Origin: Heptranchias perlo
Lineage: Eukaryota
Direction: 5' to 3'
Assembly (NCBI RefSeq): GCF_035084215.1
Contig: NW_027139442.1
Span: forward strand, 2,232,001-2,296,000
Length of the DNA stretch: 64,000 bases
In this document: positions 1-12,107 of the stretch, piece after piece
Layout of the letters: the number at the start of each line of letters is the position of its first letter
How positions within the stretch are numbered: the first letter of the stretch is position 1
Position numbers and translations under genes: made by a program
Notes under the pieces: generated by a model
The model's database searches: none
Seen by the model: only the letters and a program-made list of their open reading frames with translations
What the model was told of the DNA's origin: nothing

Positions 1-990
1 TGGTGAGGATCAGTGCACCAGATGGGCTCTGACCAAGGCTCTGTAGAACTGAAGCATCACTTCCTTCCCTTTGTATTCCAACACTGGAGATAAATGCCAT
101 TTGTCTGTGGTTGCTTTTTGCATCTGTGCACTAGCCTTTAGTGATTTGTGTCCATGGACACCCAAATCCTTTTGCTCCTTCACCATTCCCAGTCTCTCAC
201 TTTCAGAAAATACTCCAATGTTTCCTTTTTGCATCCATATTGAATGATCTCACACTTCCCCAATTTGAACTCCATCTGTCACAGTTTGTCCATTCGCTTA
301 AACTTTCCCTTTGTAACTTCCTGCTTCCATCTACACAACTTACTGAACTTCATAACTAAATGTCATCTGGAAACTTGGACCTATTACTCTCTATTGCTTC
401 ATCCAAGTTATTGATAAATATGGTGAAAAGCTGAGGCCCCAGTACAGATCCCTGGGACACCACTAGTCATATCCCGCCAATGAAAGAACGTTCCCTTTCT
501 CCTTACTCTTTTCTCCGACCTCCCAACCAATTCCAACCCAAGTCACAAGGTCACTTTCAATTTTGTACCTTTTATTTATTCTATTAATCTCTTGTGCTGA
601 ACCTTTGCAAATGCATTCTGTAAGTCCATATAGAAAACCTTCATAGATACTCCCCTGTCCACCTTGTTAGATTCCTCAACAAATCCAACTAAATTAGTCA
701 GACATGACCTGCTCTTCACGAATCCAACTTGACTCTCTTTGACCAGCTCCTTTTTTCTCTCATGATAGGTTTAAGTAAGTTCCCCACAACCGATGTTAAA
801 ATGACAAGTCTGTATTGTGCTGGTTTCTCCCTCCCTCCTTTCTTAACTAAACGGAGTGACATGTTCAACATTCATATCCAAAGGCACAATTCCTGAGTCT
901 GGAGAGCTTTGGGAAATTATGATGAATGCATCTGCAATTTCCCCACCTGTTTCCTTTAAAACTCTGGGGTGGAAACCGTCAGGTCCTGGA
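1..990 (-). mobile_element. Degenerate CR1-clade LINE ORF2 (RT region) fragments
   Basis: Minus-strand ORF 10..234 reads EQKDLGVHGHKSLK...EYKGKEVMLQFYRALVRAHL, a CR1 RT C-terminal signature. Upstream remnants resemble the PGPDG, YRLV, HGF and DLQNAF motifs. Confidence 0.8.
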
Positions 991-1021
991 GATTTCATTC
1001 TTAGTTTGCAGTTATTTATTT

Positions 1022-1140
1022 ATCTGACTATGTATAACAGGACTGAGTGTCCCAGCTCTGAGTGTGTGTATAACAGGACTGAGTGTCCCAGCACTGACTG
1101 TGTCGATAACAGCACTGAGTGCCTCAGCACTGACTCTCGA
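1022..1140. repeat. 36-bp minisatellite (~3 units, tgtgtataacaggactgagtgtcccagcactgac-like)
   Basis: Direct tandem repeats; same unit as 50575-50960. Confidence 0.85.
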
Positions 1141-1294
1141 TAGGGAGAGGGAGATTGTCATGGAGGGATTTGAACACGAGGATGAGAATTTTAAAATCGA
1201 GGCATTGCCACACCGGGAGCCAATGTAATGGAACACGAACAGAACAAGACACACACGGAGGTCTCACAACAGAGCATGGACGGTCTGAAAGACC

Positions 1295-1735
1295 ACCTCC
1301 CTCCCGGGGTCACGATACCTCCATCCCGGGTTCGTGGTCACACCATCCCGGGGTCGCGGTCCCTCCGTCTCAGGGGTCGCGGTCCCTCCATCCCAGGTTC
1401 ACGGCCCCTCCCTCCCGGGATCGCGGTACCTCCCTCCCGGGGTCGCAGCACCTCCGTCCCGGGGTCAGTATCCCACTGTACCAGGATCGCGGTCCCCACC
1501 TTCCCTGGGTCGCGGTCCCACCGTCCCGGGGTCGCAGTCCCTCCGTCCCTGGGGTCGCATCCCTCCATCCCGGGGTCGACGCCCCGCTGTCCCAGGATCG
1601 AGGTCCGACCATCCCGGGGTCGCGTTCCCTCCGTCCCGGGGTCTCAGTCCCACCGTTCCAGGGTCTCGGTCCCTGCATCCCATGGTCTCGGTCCCACCGT
1701 CCCGGGCTGTCGGTCCCTCCGTCCCGGGCTTTGCA
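1295..1735. repeat. GC/CpG-rich ~22-bp minisatellite (cgcggtccctccgtcccggggt, ~20 units)
   Basis: Visible tandem periodicity; explains the overlapping Pro/Gly/Ser/Arg-rich ORFs in all six frames. Confidence 0.9.
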
Positions 1736-1739
1736 ACCC

Positions 1740-2130
1740 CATTAACGCCGTTCGGGCCTGAAGTCGGAGGAGCTGTTGCTCGGACCGCCCTCACTGCGCC
1801 ATTCCAAGTCCCCGGGGCCCAGGCCATTTCCAGGTGCGGACCCTCCCTCTGTCGGTCTCGACCCCGCCCACAGCAGCGGCCGCCCGCACTCCGACCGGAG
1901 GCTGCCATCATCATCCTCCCGGCAGGCGCCTGTTGCTAAGGGAACGCGGCAAAGGGACCGCGCGGCGTCCCTCGGGCCGGAGATGCATGTCCGCATCGCG
2001 ATGTCAGCGCGCAAAGGTGAGAGACGGTGCCGCGTGTCACGTGATAGGAGGACTCAGCCCAGGACGCAGGCGGGCAGAGGTGAGAGCTGTCAATCAAAGG
2101 GCCCGGAGTCAGCACTCACTGCGCACAGGG
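1740..2130. promoter_or_regulatory. CpG-island-like segment with GC box, E-box (gtcacgtga) and tgcgca motif; paralogue at 51700-51960
   Basis: High CpG density; ccccgccc near 1862, cacgtg at 2038-2043, cactgcgca near 2117. The GC-rich segment and cactgcgca motif recur in the duplicated copy. Confidence 0.45.
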
Positions 2131-2711
2131 TTTGGAGAATTAGTTTAAAAAATAAAAATAGAAATGTACAAAAAAAGTGGATAAATTGCAAATTCAACAA
2201 TCTGAATTAAAAACAGAAATGTCCAAACTCACATAAGGCTGATGGTTTGGGTTCTCCTGCCACTCTCAGTCTTCTCTACCTGGGGCACAGGATGAGCAGA
2301 ATGCTTGAATCTATATTTTTTAATGCAGAGTGCGCTGGATGTATGGAATGGACCAGCAAGGGAGGCAGTGGGGCCTGATTGTATCAGCAAATTCCACAGA
2401 GTTGGGAAAGTACCTGATAGCGCTACCTTGGGATATGACAGCCTAGAAATTGGGATCTTTCATTCATTTTTTACACTTGTGCACTTATTTTTATTGATTG
2501 GTGTACCTGGACACCCAAACCCCTCTGCTCCTCCACAGTCCCTAGTTTCTCACCCTTAAGAAAATACTCCCTATTTCTCACCTGATGCCTGCAATAAATG
2601 ATATTTGTATAACTTCCAACATCTTTACGTGGAGATGCCGGTGATGGACTGGGGTTGACAATTGTAAACAATTTTACAACACCAAGTTATAGTCCAGCAA
2701 TTTTATTTTAA

Positions 2712-2752
2712 ATTCACAAGCTTTCGGAGGCTTCCTCCTTCCTCAGGTAAAT
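2712..2752 (-). ncRNA. Minimal hammerhead ribozyme, mirror copy in the left palindrome arm
   Basis: Exact reverse complement of 3069-3109. Confidence 0.75.
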
Positions 2753-3068
2753 GTTCAGGAGCTCCTCGAAGCCTACGCATTTATACATATAGAACAATAC
2801 ATGGTGTTTACAGAATGCCCCTGGAACTGCCCGTTGCCAAGGCAATCACCGTGTTCAGACAGAGAGGTGTCACCTGCAGAACCCCCGAATACACAGTTGA
2901 ATGCACGGTTGAATACACGGTTGAATGTGTATTCGGGGGTTCTGCAGGTGACACCTCTCTGTCTGAACACGGTGATTGCCTTGGCAACGGGCAGTTCCAG
3001 GGGCATTCTGTAAACACCTTGTATTGTTCTATATGTATAAATGCGTAGGCTTCGAGGAGCTCCTGAAC

Positions 3069-3109
3069 ATTTACCTGAGGAAGGAGGAAGCCTCCGAAAG
3101 CTTGTGAAT
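3069..3109 (+). ncRNA. Minimal type-I hammerhead ribozyme (PLE-type)
   Basis: Helix I atttac/gtgaat; core CTGAGGA plus extra A; helix II ggagg-aag-cctcc; GAAA; palindromic AGCT mini helix III; CUU cleavage triplet. Confidence 0.75.
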
Positions 3110-3227
3110 TTAAAATAAAATTGCTGGACTATAACTTGGTGTTGTAAAATTGTTTACAAACATCTTTACGATTCGGGTCTGTTTCCACTCTTCAGTGTCC
3201 AATAAGAAGAGACATAGTGAGACTAGA

Positions 3228-3690
3228 ACTTTATTTAATATTTCAAAATATACTTTATTTCATAAAATTCATGAATAGACACAGTTCAATGTAAATATTA
3301 CAATTACAATTCAAAACAAATACAATACACATCATACGATTCCATTATTACAAGTCAAAACACAGTAAATATCTTCTAACACATGCTGTACATTACAAGG
3401 TGGGATAGCGTTACACGGTTGCCTTTCCCCATAAAGCCTTTGTGTAGGCCGCACCTCGCTTCAGTGTGCACCTCAGCATGAAATACTGGACCTTGGATTC
3501 TGCTAGTGGCCAACACTTGGCCGCGGACAGTTCCCTCGGCTGGAAGACCTGCTGGTTTCGGGGGAACAAAGGGCCTCCCTGACCGAATTGATGGTCTTCC
3601 AGCAGCTGTTGATATCTGTCTCGTTGTGCATCTTGGACAACTGCCCATAGAGGACAGCGACCTGTGTTACCGAGCTGTTGGGATGAACTC
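3228..3690 (-). mobile_element. L1/Tx1-clade LINE 3' fragment (ORF2 C-terminus plus 3' UTR)
   Basis: Minus frames give ETDINSCWKTINSVREAL and AESKVQYFMLRCTLKRGAAYTKALWGKATV*, followed by a T-rich UTR and AATAAA. Paralogue at 52555-52980. Confidence 0.65.
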
Positions 3691-5044
3691 CTCTTCGACA
3701 CCACGGTGTAGGGGTTCATTCTCCGTGGATGAGGTTATCACCTTTTACCTGAATACGCGGATCCATTCGCACACATTCATGTTAGTGTTCGGCAAACACT
3801 GTCTGATGTCTTTCACACACCTTTCGAACCTTGGGGTCAGAGACGTAGGGGGTATTTTCACCTTCACATCTTGGGCGGTAAACTGACTGAGCAAAAATTA
3901 AAATCTGGCCGGTTCTATAAGGGGCGGGTGATCGGCTCTACCAGTTCAGTTCCCAGCGATGGTGAAAATTTCCCTCCACGTGTTATGAACCGATGCAATT
4001 TGAGAAAATGGACCAGCTTGTGGGCTTCGAAGATTGATTCTAGCGCGGAGGTCAGGAATGGTGTGGCCGATTTTAAGTATACTCGCCTGGCAGAAATGGG
4101 GTGGTCGAGGCGAGTAAATGGTATCAGGTCACTTACCGCCCCTTTAACACTGGCGTTCCTGCCTCCACCATCGTGGGTCGTGTCCTGAGAAGAGCGGCCC
4201 GAGCAACACCCACCTGTTTCCGGTCAGGCCACTTGTAATATGTAAATCAGATTATTATGACGTACAGGGGAAACCATTTAATGTTGGTGAAAAATCGGTG
4301 GAGGAGCCGCCCTTTAGATGGGCATTGAGTGGTCGAGAAAACTGAGAAGTTTCTTTTTAACTCATATTTTGTGAGGCAAGGAGCAGCAGGAGAGCTTTCC
4401 CTTGGCCTGCTGCGGCCGTGTGAAATCTCCCGCCCTCTGATCGTCTCAGAAATGTATCAGGAGGTTTCCTTCTCGATCTGTGCAACGAGGCCCAGCCTCA
4501 TGTCTCATTAAACTCCCTGCAGTGAGTAAACATTGCTGCACAGCAGCTCAGAGAGGAAACGATCTCCGGAACTCCCCACTGGAGTTAGAAATTACAAGAA
4601 TATTTTATGAGTTATTCTGTTCTGGTCAAAACAAATGTCCCAATGAACAGGACGCTGTCTGACCCTGACAGCTCACCCTCAGTCCATCCCAGCGGGCAGT
4701 GTGTGTGATGGGGAATAATCATCAACCGAAATGGAGCATTTGATTTTATTCATTACAGGATTAAACATTTAATATTGAAATCATATTATTTCCCGACTAA
4801 TAACAGCAAACCTTTTCATGTTAGAATCAAATCTTGTATTATTTCTCAAAAAGCATTTGTTGGATAAAATATAATTCCTGTCTGCTATTTCCAAATTTAT
4901 TTGAAGTATTGGATTGATATCAGTTACTTCAGTGAACTCATTGGTGTCAATGGATAGTAAAATCAGGCGTAGTGAACAATGGGGGCCCGATCCGCTATCG
5001 CCGACTTACTCCACCGCCAAAGCGGAAAATCCACTCTCTTAATT

Positions 5045-5255
5045 AGCAGTTTAAAAAATTCTTATTCCAGCTGATTTGTAGAATCGCATGTGTTGGGGTT
5101 TGAATTGTGAAGCGGATTTTCTCCGCCAGTTTTACCGTCTCACAGAGACTCTCACCCTGAATCTGTGAAAAGGTTATGACCATGAACTGGGACTGGAGCC
5201 GAACACATCCCCAGTTACGGTGTGGCCTGGACACCCCATTCTCTCTGTTTTATAT
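5045..5255 (+). repeat. Displaced copy of the H4-H1 intergenic spacer (homologous to ~16800-17010)
   Basis: ttattccagctgatttg...ctccgccagttttacc...gactggagccgaacac...cccattctctc is shared with 16818-17000 and, inverted, with 41540-41700. Confidence 0.8.
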
Positions 5256-6189
5256 CAGACAGTATTCCACCTTCAAAAACAGCACTCGAGAGAGAAAGCA
5301 AGACACACACTGTCAGTCTTACACTTCCTATCAGTATGTTCATATCACGCTCAATAGCAGTATCCAACCTTCATATACAGCACCAGAGAGTGAGAGAGAA
5401 AGGGAGACAGATACTGTGACAGAGCGAGCGGAGAGGCACAGTGCAACAGTATCAGTTCCAGACTGACTTGTAAAGTTGCGTTTTATCCAGAAATTCCCGT
5501 TGTAGAGACAGAAGATGCAGTCTTGTCTCTCACTGATATACCAGAGACGGACACACCATTAATCCCACACTCAGGGACAGTGCAGAGAGTGACAAAAACA
5601 ATGTGGGCCGAATTTAACCCTCTCTTGCCTGTTGTACTACATTCGGTTTTGCAGATCAGGGCCGTTCGCTATTACTCTCAGTGACCGAGAGTTTCACTCT
5701 GATTATATTAATACATCATATATTAATAATGGACTGTTGCTGTCAGATATTAATCCTACACGCTCCCAGCAAATACACGGACTCCGACTTTCCTCCCATT
5801 TTTCTCCAGGATTGGTTTGAGAATTCCTGCATCCAGTTTCGGAGTCACACGTTACTTAATGGGTAAAGGGGCCAAGTATGAACAGAATCCATTGGTTCAT
5901 TTCAAAATGTCCCACTTTATCTATGAAAGACTATTTTCCATCAAAAGATACCGAGAGAAACAGCAGGGATGAAAACATCTCGTTTAATAGTTAGAGATTG
6001 TAAAGTCAGTCTGAATTCCAGCGTTAGTCACTGGTGGAATCCCATCTGTTTCCCATTCTGGTGCCTGTTCCTGCACTGCCTGTGGACCCCATTCCCTCTG
6101 ACCTTTCCCTCAGCCCCACTTCCTTTGCTCAGACTCTGAAAAATTCCAATTGGGGAAAGTTTCCATCGATTTGTGCATTGGGAATTAAA

Positions 6190-6460
6190 CCAGATATCTG
6201 CGCATGCGTGACTCAGCCCCGCCCCCAGCGCTGATTGTTGGTGAGCAGAAGAGCGCATGCGCGCTCCCCTCCCCCAGCTCGGCCTGTGGGCGCCATTCCC
6301 TCAGTGAGCGGAAGAAGATGGTTTGAAACAGCCGGGAATGGAGAGATCACGGCCCCCGGGGGAAGGGAGCAAAGAGCAGCCTCGTTACAGCAGCTCATCG
6401 CTTCGGGACCGTGTCCGCAGATGGGCTCAGAGATCGGCATTGAGTCCGGGGGAAGGTCCG
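6190..6460 (+). promoter_or_regulatory. CpG-island promoter/first exon of an unidentified gene, cassette copy 1
   Basis: Two NRF1-type gcgcatgcg motifs, tgactca, GC box ccccgccccc, then cggaag+aagatgg (ETS/YY1-like). Near-identical copies at 20288-20555 (+) and 40340-40610 (-). Confidence 0.6.
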
Positions 6461-7120
6461 GGGGCTGTTTGTAAGAGGCGGAGTGGATCAGGAACTGGTC
6501 CCGGAACATGGAGTGAGCGGGGGAAGGGAGAGGTCATTCTCGGGCTGTGTGTGTACAGGGTGTGTCCAGGGTCAGGGAGTCAGAATGAGAAGAACCTGCT
6601 ATTTAAAATCATTGCTGCTTGCTCTCGCCAGACCAGTAGGGAATGTTCCTGGTTTAGGTCCAGTCTCACCCTGTTTATTGTGATTCGACAGTGAAGAGTG
6701 GAACGGAGCCGGACAGTAAGGATGTGGGGAGTTATGCAAAGAGCATCTATTGCAGGCACCAGGTGAGAAGTGTGAAGGACACATTTTAAACAGCGGCTGT
6801 TTTGTTTCGGTTGAACGGTTAGTCCCATGTGAGAGGGGAGTGGAAATCTGACCTGCACAAAGGACCGTGCCACATCGGGTAGTGCCATTTATGGTTGTGT
6901 TGTGTCTGGATGTCACTAAATTGTTGTAAAACAGCCCACCACTCGTGGTGTGCAGAAGCTGAATGCTGCAGTACTGCAGTGGAGTCAGATACTGACACTG
7001 TTTGTGTTGCTGGTTTTGTGGATAATCAAAATAATCATTAACAAAGATATTAATTCGAACACTTTTGTATTTCCTACCTCACTGGTTCTTGAGTTACAAG
7101 AGAAAAATTTCTTCCTACAG

Positions 7121-7207
7121 GCAAATCCTTGAAGGACCCAGAATCAGTGTTATGTTTCCTCCACTCGAGGCACAAGGAACAGTGCAGCCAACTCCTTCTC
7201 CCACACA
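7121..7207 (+). other. Candidate 87-nt internal exon of the unidentified cassette gene
   Basis: Polypyrimidine tract with cctacag| acceptor and |gtaagt donor. AG and GT are conserved in the copies at ~21234, ~25489 and ~39378 (-). Confidence 0.45.
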
Positions 7208-7699
7208 GTAAGTACATTATCACACACAGCGCACAGAGACACAGACAGGTCATCAGTTCCATAGTCTCAGACAGTAGAAGCACTGACCCAAGTTCCACAG
7301 ACACATTTTCAATCCAACATTCAAACAAAGCAGGTGAGGCAGACACTGTTCCATTTCCCCCGAGCTGAGTCCCGCTGACAGGTAGATACAGAAATCCCAG
7401 TCCAATATCACACTATCAGATTGAAAGGCACTGTGTCAATCTCACAATAGGGCAACATCAGCTACGAATTGAATACCAGATCGAAATCACACATGGTACT
7501 CGATTGAAAGGGACAGAATGAAACCCAATAATTTACCCTGAGATTCCAATTGAATAATTGCCCAGAATTCACACACTCACGTGAGTTTAATACACTGTTC
7601 GAATGGATATTGCATGTATCATGTGATACAAATTGCATACGTGTCCAAAACTCATGTACAGTATCAGATTGAGAAATGCTGTGAGAGTGTAACCTGAGA

Positions 7700-10600
7700 A
7701 ACAAATTAGATATCAGTTTATAATACACTCATAGTATGAGATTTATAGATACAGTATCAATTCTATTAGTACAGACTGAGCTACACATTATACACCATTT
7801 GAAAAGTGTCACGAAATCAATTTGAAAGATACATTATCATTCACAACAGTACTCACAGAGATACAGATTTAATAGTAGCTCAAAAAGCAGACAAATTATG
7901 TGATTAAAACCTACAGCGTCAAATCCTACAGAGGACCCATATATACCAGTTAATGAGAAATAAGATCTAAACATGAAGATATTAAAGGTACAATTTTGAA
8001 CGCCATAATGCAATCTTAGAGAATAATTACATACAGATACAGAATGAATCTCACACTCAGGTACAGTACCAGAGACTGACAGATGCAGAAGGAATCCCAA
8101 ACTCACATACAATACTAGAGACTGACAGACACAGAGTGAATCCCACACTCACATATGGTACCAGAGATGACAGATACAGAATGAATCCCACACTGACACA
8201 CTGTTCCAGAGACTGAGAGATACAAAATGAATCACACATTAGTGCAGGCTGAGTAACATTACTTACCAGTTAAAGAAGTATCAGATTGAAAGATACAGTA
8301 TCAATTACATTATTGCAGACTGATCTGCACGTTATAAACCACTACAAAAAACTGATGCAAATTCACTCTGAAATATACAGTATTCCATTGATGCAGACTG
8401 AGCTGCACGTCATATATAAGTTCAAAAATGTCAACATATCAGTTTGGAAGATAAACTAATGCACAATTGTGTTCACATCGATACAGATTTAATAGTAGTC
8501 CGAAAAGTGCCCACATTCTCTGATTATATTCTACAGCATTTCATTATCAACCAATTAAACACTGGGGAAAATATGCACAAATTGAGGTATTAAAGATACA
8601 GTTTTGAACACCATACTGAAAACGGAGAGACTAATTACATACAGATAAAGAATGAATCACATATTCAGATAGAGGGCCAGAGACTGACACACAGAATGAA
8701 ACCAGCACTCACACAATATAACAGTGACTGACAAATACCGAATGAATCCTACATTCACACACAGTACAAGGGACTAACAAATATAGAATGAATCACACAC
8801 TCCCACAATACCAGAGCCTGACAGATACAGAATGAATCTCATACTCACAGACAGTACTAGGGACTGACAGATACAGAATGAATCCCACACTCACACACAG
8901 TACTGGGGACTGACAGATACGGAATGAATCTCACAGTCACACACATTTATGCAGTCTGAGTTACACATTACATATCAGTCCAAAAATCTCATAGTGTCAG
9001 ATTGAAAGATACAGTATCAATTCCATTAGTGCAGACTGATCTACACATTATAAACCACTACAAAAAACTGATACCAATTCAGACTGAAATACACAGTATT
9101 CCTTTCATGCAGACTGACCTACACATTATATACAAGGTCAAAAAAGTCACCATATCATTTTGGAAGATAAACTAATTCACAATACAGATTTAATAGAAGT
9201 CCAAAAAGGTCCACATTCTCTGATTATAACCAACAACATTACATTTTAAAATGTATCATTATCAACCATTGAAACACTGGGAAAAATATTGATACATTGA
9301 GGTATTACAAATAGAGTTTTGAACAACATACTGTAAACGAAGATACAAATTACATATAGATAATGAATGAATCTCACACTCAGATGAAGGGCCAGAGACT
9401 GACACACAGAGTGAAATCAGCACTCACACAACCTAACAGTGAATGACAGATACCGAATGATTCCTGCACTCACACACTGTAGCACAGACTGAAAGAGACA
9501 AAATTTATATCACTCACATACAGTACCAGAAATTGATGGATGCAGAATGAATGACTCCCTCACATATAGCAGCTGAGACTGACGGGAACAGAATGAAACC
9601 CTCATTCGCACACAATACCAGAGACTGATAGATACAGAATGAATCCCACACCCACATACAGATACAGAATGAATCCCACACCCACGTACAGTAACAGAGA
9701 CTGATAGATACAGAATGAATCCCAATCCCACGTACATTACCAGAGACTGACAGATACAGAATGAATCCCACACTCATACACATTACCAGAGACTGACAGA
9801 TACAGGATGATTCCCACACTCATACACAGTACCAGAGACTGACAGATACAGGATGATTCCCACACTCACACACAGTACCAGAGACTGACAGATACAGGGT
9901 GATTCCCACACTCACACACAGTACCAGAGACTGACAGATACAGGGTGATTCCCACACTCACACACAGTACCAGAGACTGATAGATACAGAATGAATCCCA
10001 CACCCACATACAGATACAGAATGAATCCCACACCCACGTACAGTAACAGAGACTGACAGATACAGAATTAATCCCACACTCACACACAGTACCAGAGACT
10101 GACAGATGCAGAATGAATTCCACACTCATACACAGTACCAGAGACTGACAGATGCAGAATGAATCCAACACTCACACACAGTACCAGAAACTGAGTGATA
10201 CAGAATAAATCCCACACTCATACACAGAACCAGAAACTGACAGGAACACAATGAATCCCACACTCACACACAGACATTATTGCAGATCTGAGCTACATAT
10301 TACACACCAGTCCAATAATTTCACAATGAACATATTAAAAGGTACATTATCATTCACAATATCGTTCAGAGATTAAGATGTAACAAAAGTCCAAAACTCA
10401 CACACGTTGTTTGATTGAAGAAAATCGAAAAATATATCCATGGTTACAAATTAAATACTTGACGAAAAACTGCTTATACTTTAAAGTATTAAGGCTGCAG
10501 TTTGAAGTAAAATAGTGGGAACTGAAATAAGAATACAGAATGAATCCAGATTTGCACTTTGTCTCAGGGATTGAATTACAGAATGAATGCCACACTGAGA

Positions 10601-10800
10601 TAAATTAGCATATAATGGCAGATACAGAATGAATCCCACACTCACAGACAGGACCAGAGACTGACAGATACAGAAAGAATCTCACACTCACAAACAGAGA
10701 CTGACAGATACAAAATGAATATCACACTCACACACAGTATCAGAGATTGACAGATACAGATTAAATCCCGCTCTCATACAGAGTACTAGAGACTGGCCTC
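7700..10800. repeat. Compound satellite: 46-bp unit (cagtaccagagactgacagatacagaatgaatcccacactcacaca) interleaved with a related ~82-bp unit
   Basis: Tandem arrays at ~8030-8240, 8640-8945, 9355-10275 and 10580-10800. Confidence 0.9.
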
Positions 10801-10824
10801 TACTGGACGTAGGCGAGAACTGTA
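10793..10824 (-). promoter_or_regulatory. CTCF-like site with upstream (U) module
   Basis: Minus strand TACAGTTCT-N6-CGTCCAGTAGAGGCC. Confidence 0.45.
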
Positions 10825-11420
10825 AAAGAGCGGAACAAATTCACATTATCTGTCGTGGTGACAGTGACAGGACAATGTGCAAGATGAAAAAAAGTTTCAG
10901 TCTGCAATTTCTACTCTCATATTTTTGCACGTTTTCTTATTGGAAAATGAAGACAATTAATTCATAACAAAGTTTTTGTTTTACTCATTCGATAGTTGTG
11001 AATTTACCCCCTTATTTTTGCACTTACGTTGCACAGTATTTCTCTCTGATTTCTCAGGACACGATTTACATTGCTCCTCTACCCCATTTAGACTCGTATT
11101 TCCCAAGCAGTATGTGGCCTCCTTATTCCCCCTAACAAAATTAATCAGATCACAACTTTCTATATTTAAATTCAATGCACATTGACACGACCGTTCTGCA
11201 AGCTGATTTTGTCGCAGTCTTCCTCAGTATTGACTATAGTCCCGAAATCAATTACAATAATTTAACACAGCATTACAACTAACGTATGGTCTAAAAAAAA
11301 TGTGCTTGCATCTCATCTCCATTCCAAGTTTTTCCAAATCTCACTCGTGCAATATAATGTGAAGAATGAGTTCATATTCTGTCCCTCTCTCATCTGCAAA
11401 CTTCAATGTCCCGGGGTTTG

Positions 11421-11451
11421 GGGACATCTACTGGCCGAAAGCAGAATTGCA
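11421..11451 (-). promoter_or_regulatory. CTCF-like site with upstream (U) module, upstream of H2B
   Basis: Minus strand TGCAATTCT-N5-CGGCCAGTAGATGTCCC. Confidence 0.55.
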
Positions 11452-11514
11452 ACAGTTCGGAACAAATTGCTGAAACCGGACAATGTGCAGTGTGATTGGT
11501 GGCAGGTATGAAAT

Positions 11515-11650
11515 CCGATTGGTTTCTTCAGGTATCCAATCAGAGAGTTACAGTGAATAATTATTGTTACGTCATTCCCAGTGACCCAATCATGATCATT
11601 GCCTTCCCCATCCCTCATTAGCATAGGGCTGTGGGGCTGCCTATTTAAGT
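11515..11650 (+). promoter_or_regulatory. H2B promoter (CCAAT boxes, CRE-like ttacgtca, octamer variant ATTAGCAT, TATA)
   Basis: attgg 11518, ccaat 11536 and 11586, ttacgtca 11567-11574, attagcat 11617-11624, tatttaa 11642-11648. Confidence 0.75.
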
Positions 11651-11701
11651 CGAACTTGGAGCGGATTTGGGTCATTTCTGTTTCTGAAATTGAGTTTGAA
11701 A

Positions 11702-12076
11702 ATGCCTGAGGACAAGAAAGCAGCTCCCAAGAAGGGCGCCAAGAAAACCTTGAGCAAAGCACCAGCCAAGGGCGGCAAGAAGCGGAGAAAGTCGAGGAAG
11801 GAGAGTTACTCCATCTACGTCTACAAAGTGATGAAGCAGGTTCACCCCGACACCGGCATCTCCTCCAAGGCCATGAGCATCATGAACTCCTTTGTGAACG
11901 ATATTTTCGAGCGCATCGCGGGTGAGGCTTCCCGCCTGGCCCATTACAACAAGCGGGCGACCATCAGCTCCCGGGAGATCCAAACCGCGGTGCGCCTGCT
12001 GCTGCCCGGGGAACTGGCCAAGCACGCTGTGTCGGAAGGGACAAAGGCGGTGACCAAGTACACCAGCTCCAAGTAA
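11702..12076 (+). CDS. H2B: Histone H2B (replication-dependent), 124 aa
   Basis: [12 protein letters not shown]...[26 protein letters not shown]...[13 protein letters not shown]; intronless, with 3' stem-loop. Confidence 0.99.
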   Translation: MPEDKKAAPKKGAKKTLSKAPAKGGKKRRKSRKESYSIYVYKVMKQVHPDTGISSKAMSIMNSFVNDIFERIAGEASRLAHYNKRATISSREIQTAVRLLLPGELAKHAVSEGTKAVTKYTSSK

Positions 12077-12107
12077 AACTCCACAATGTACTGAAAAAAA
12101 AAACAAC

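Larger units (their letters stand above)
2630..3159. mobile_element. Penelope-like element (PLE) derivative: ~32-nt tail plus inverted pLTR pair forming a near-perfect palindrome, with an 11-12 bp TSD
   Basis: Arms 2662-2895 and 2926-3159 (234 bp each, one mismatch seen), 30-nt loop. aacatctttacg is duplicated at 2618-2629 and 3159-3170. The paralogous site near 52480 is empty. Each arm contains a hammerhead motif. Confidence 0.85.

Noticed and set aside
1155-1939. Overlapping Pro/Gly/Arg-rich ORFs of 150-200 aa
   Set aside because: Caused by a stop-poor GC-rich 22-bp minisatellite.
2773-3048. Mirror-image ORF pairs with identical N-termini on both strands
   Set aside because: A direct consequence of the DNA palindrome; no coding signal.
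3870-4570. Possible non-autonomous DNA-transposon pieces (also 4955-5030 and 53040-53360)
   Set aside because: They look repeat-like, but I could not identify TIRs, a TSD or a family from sequence alone.
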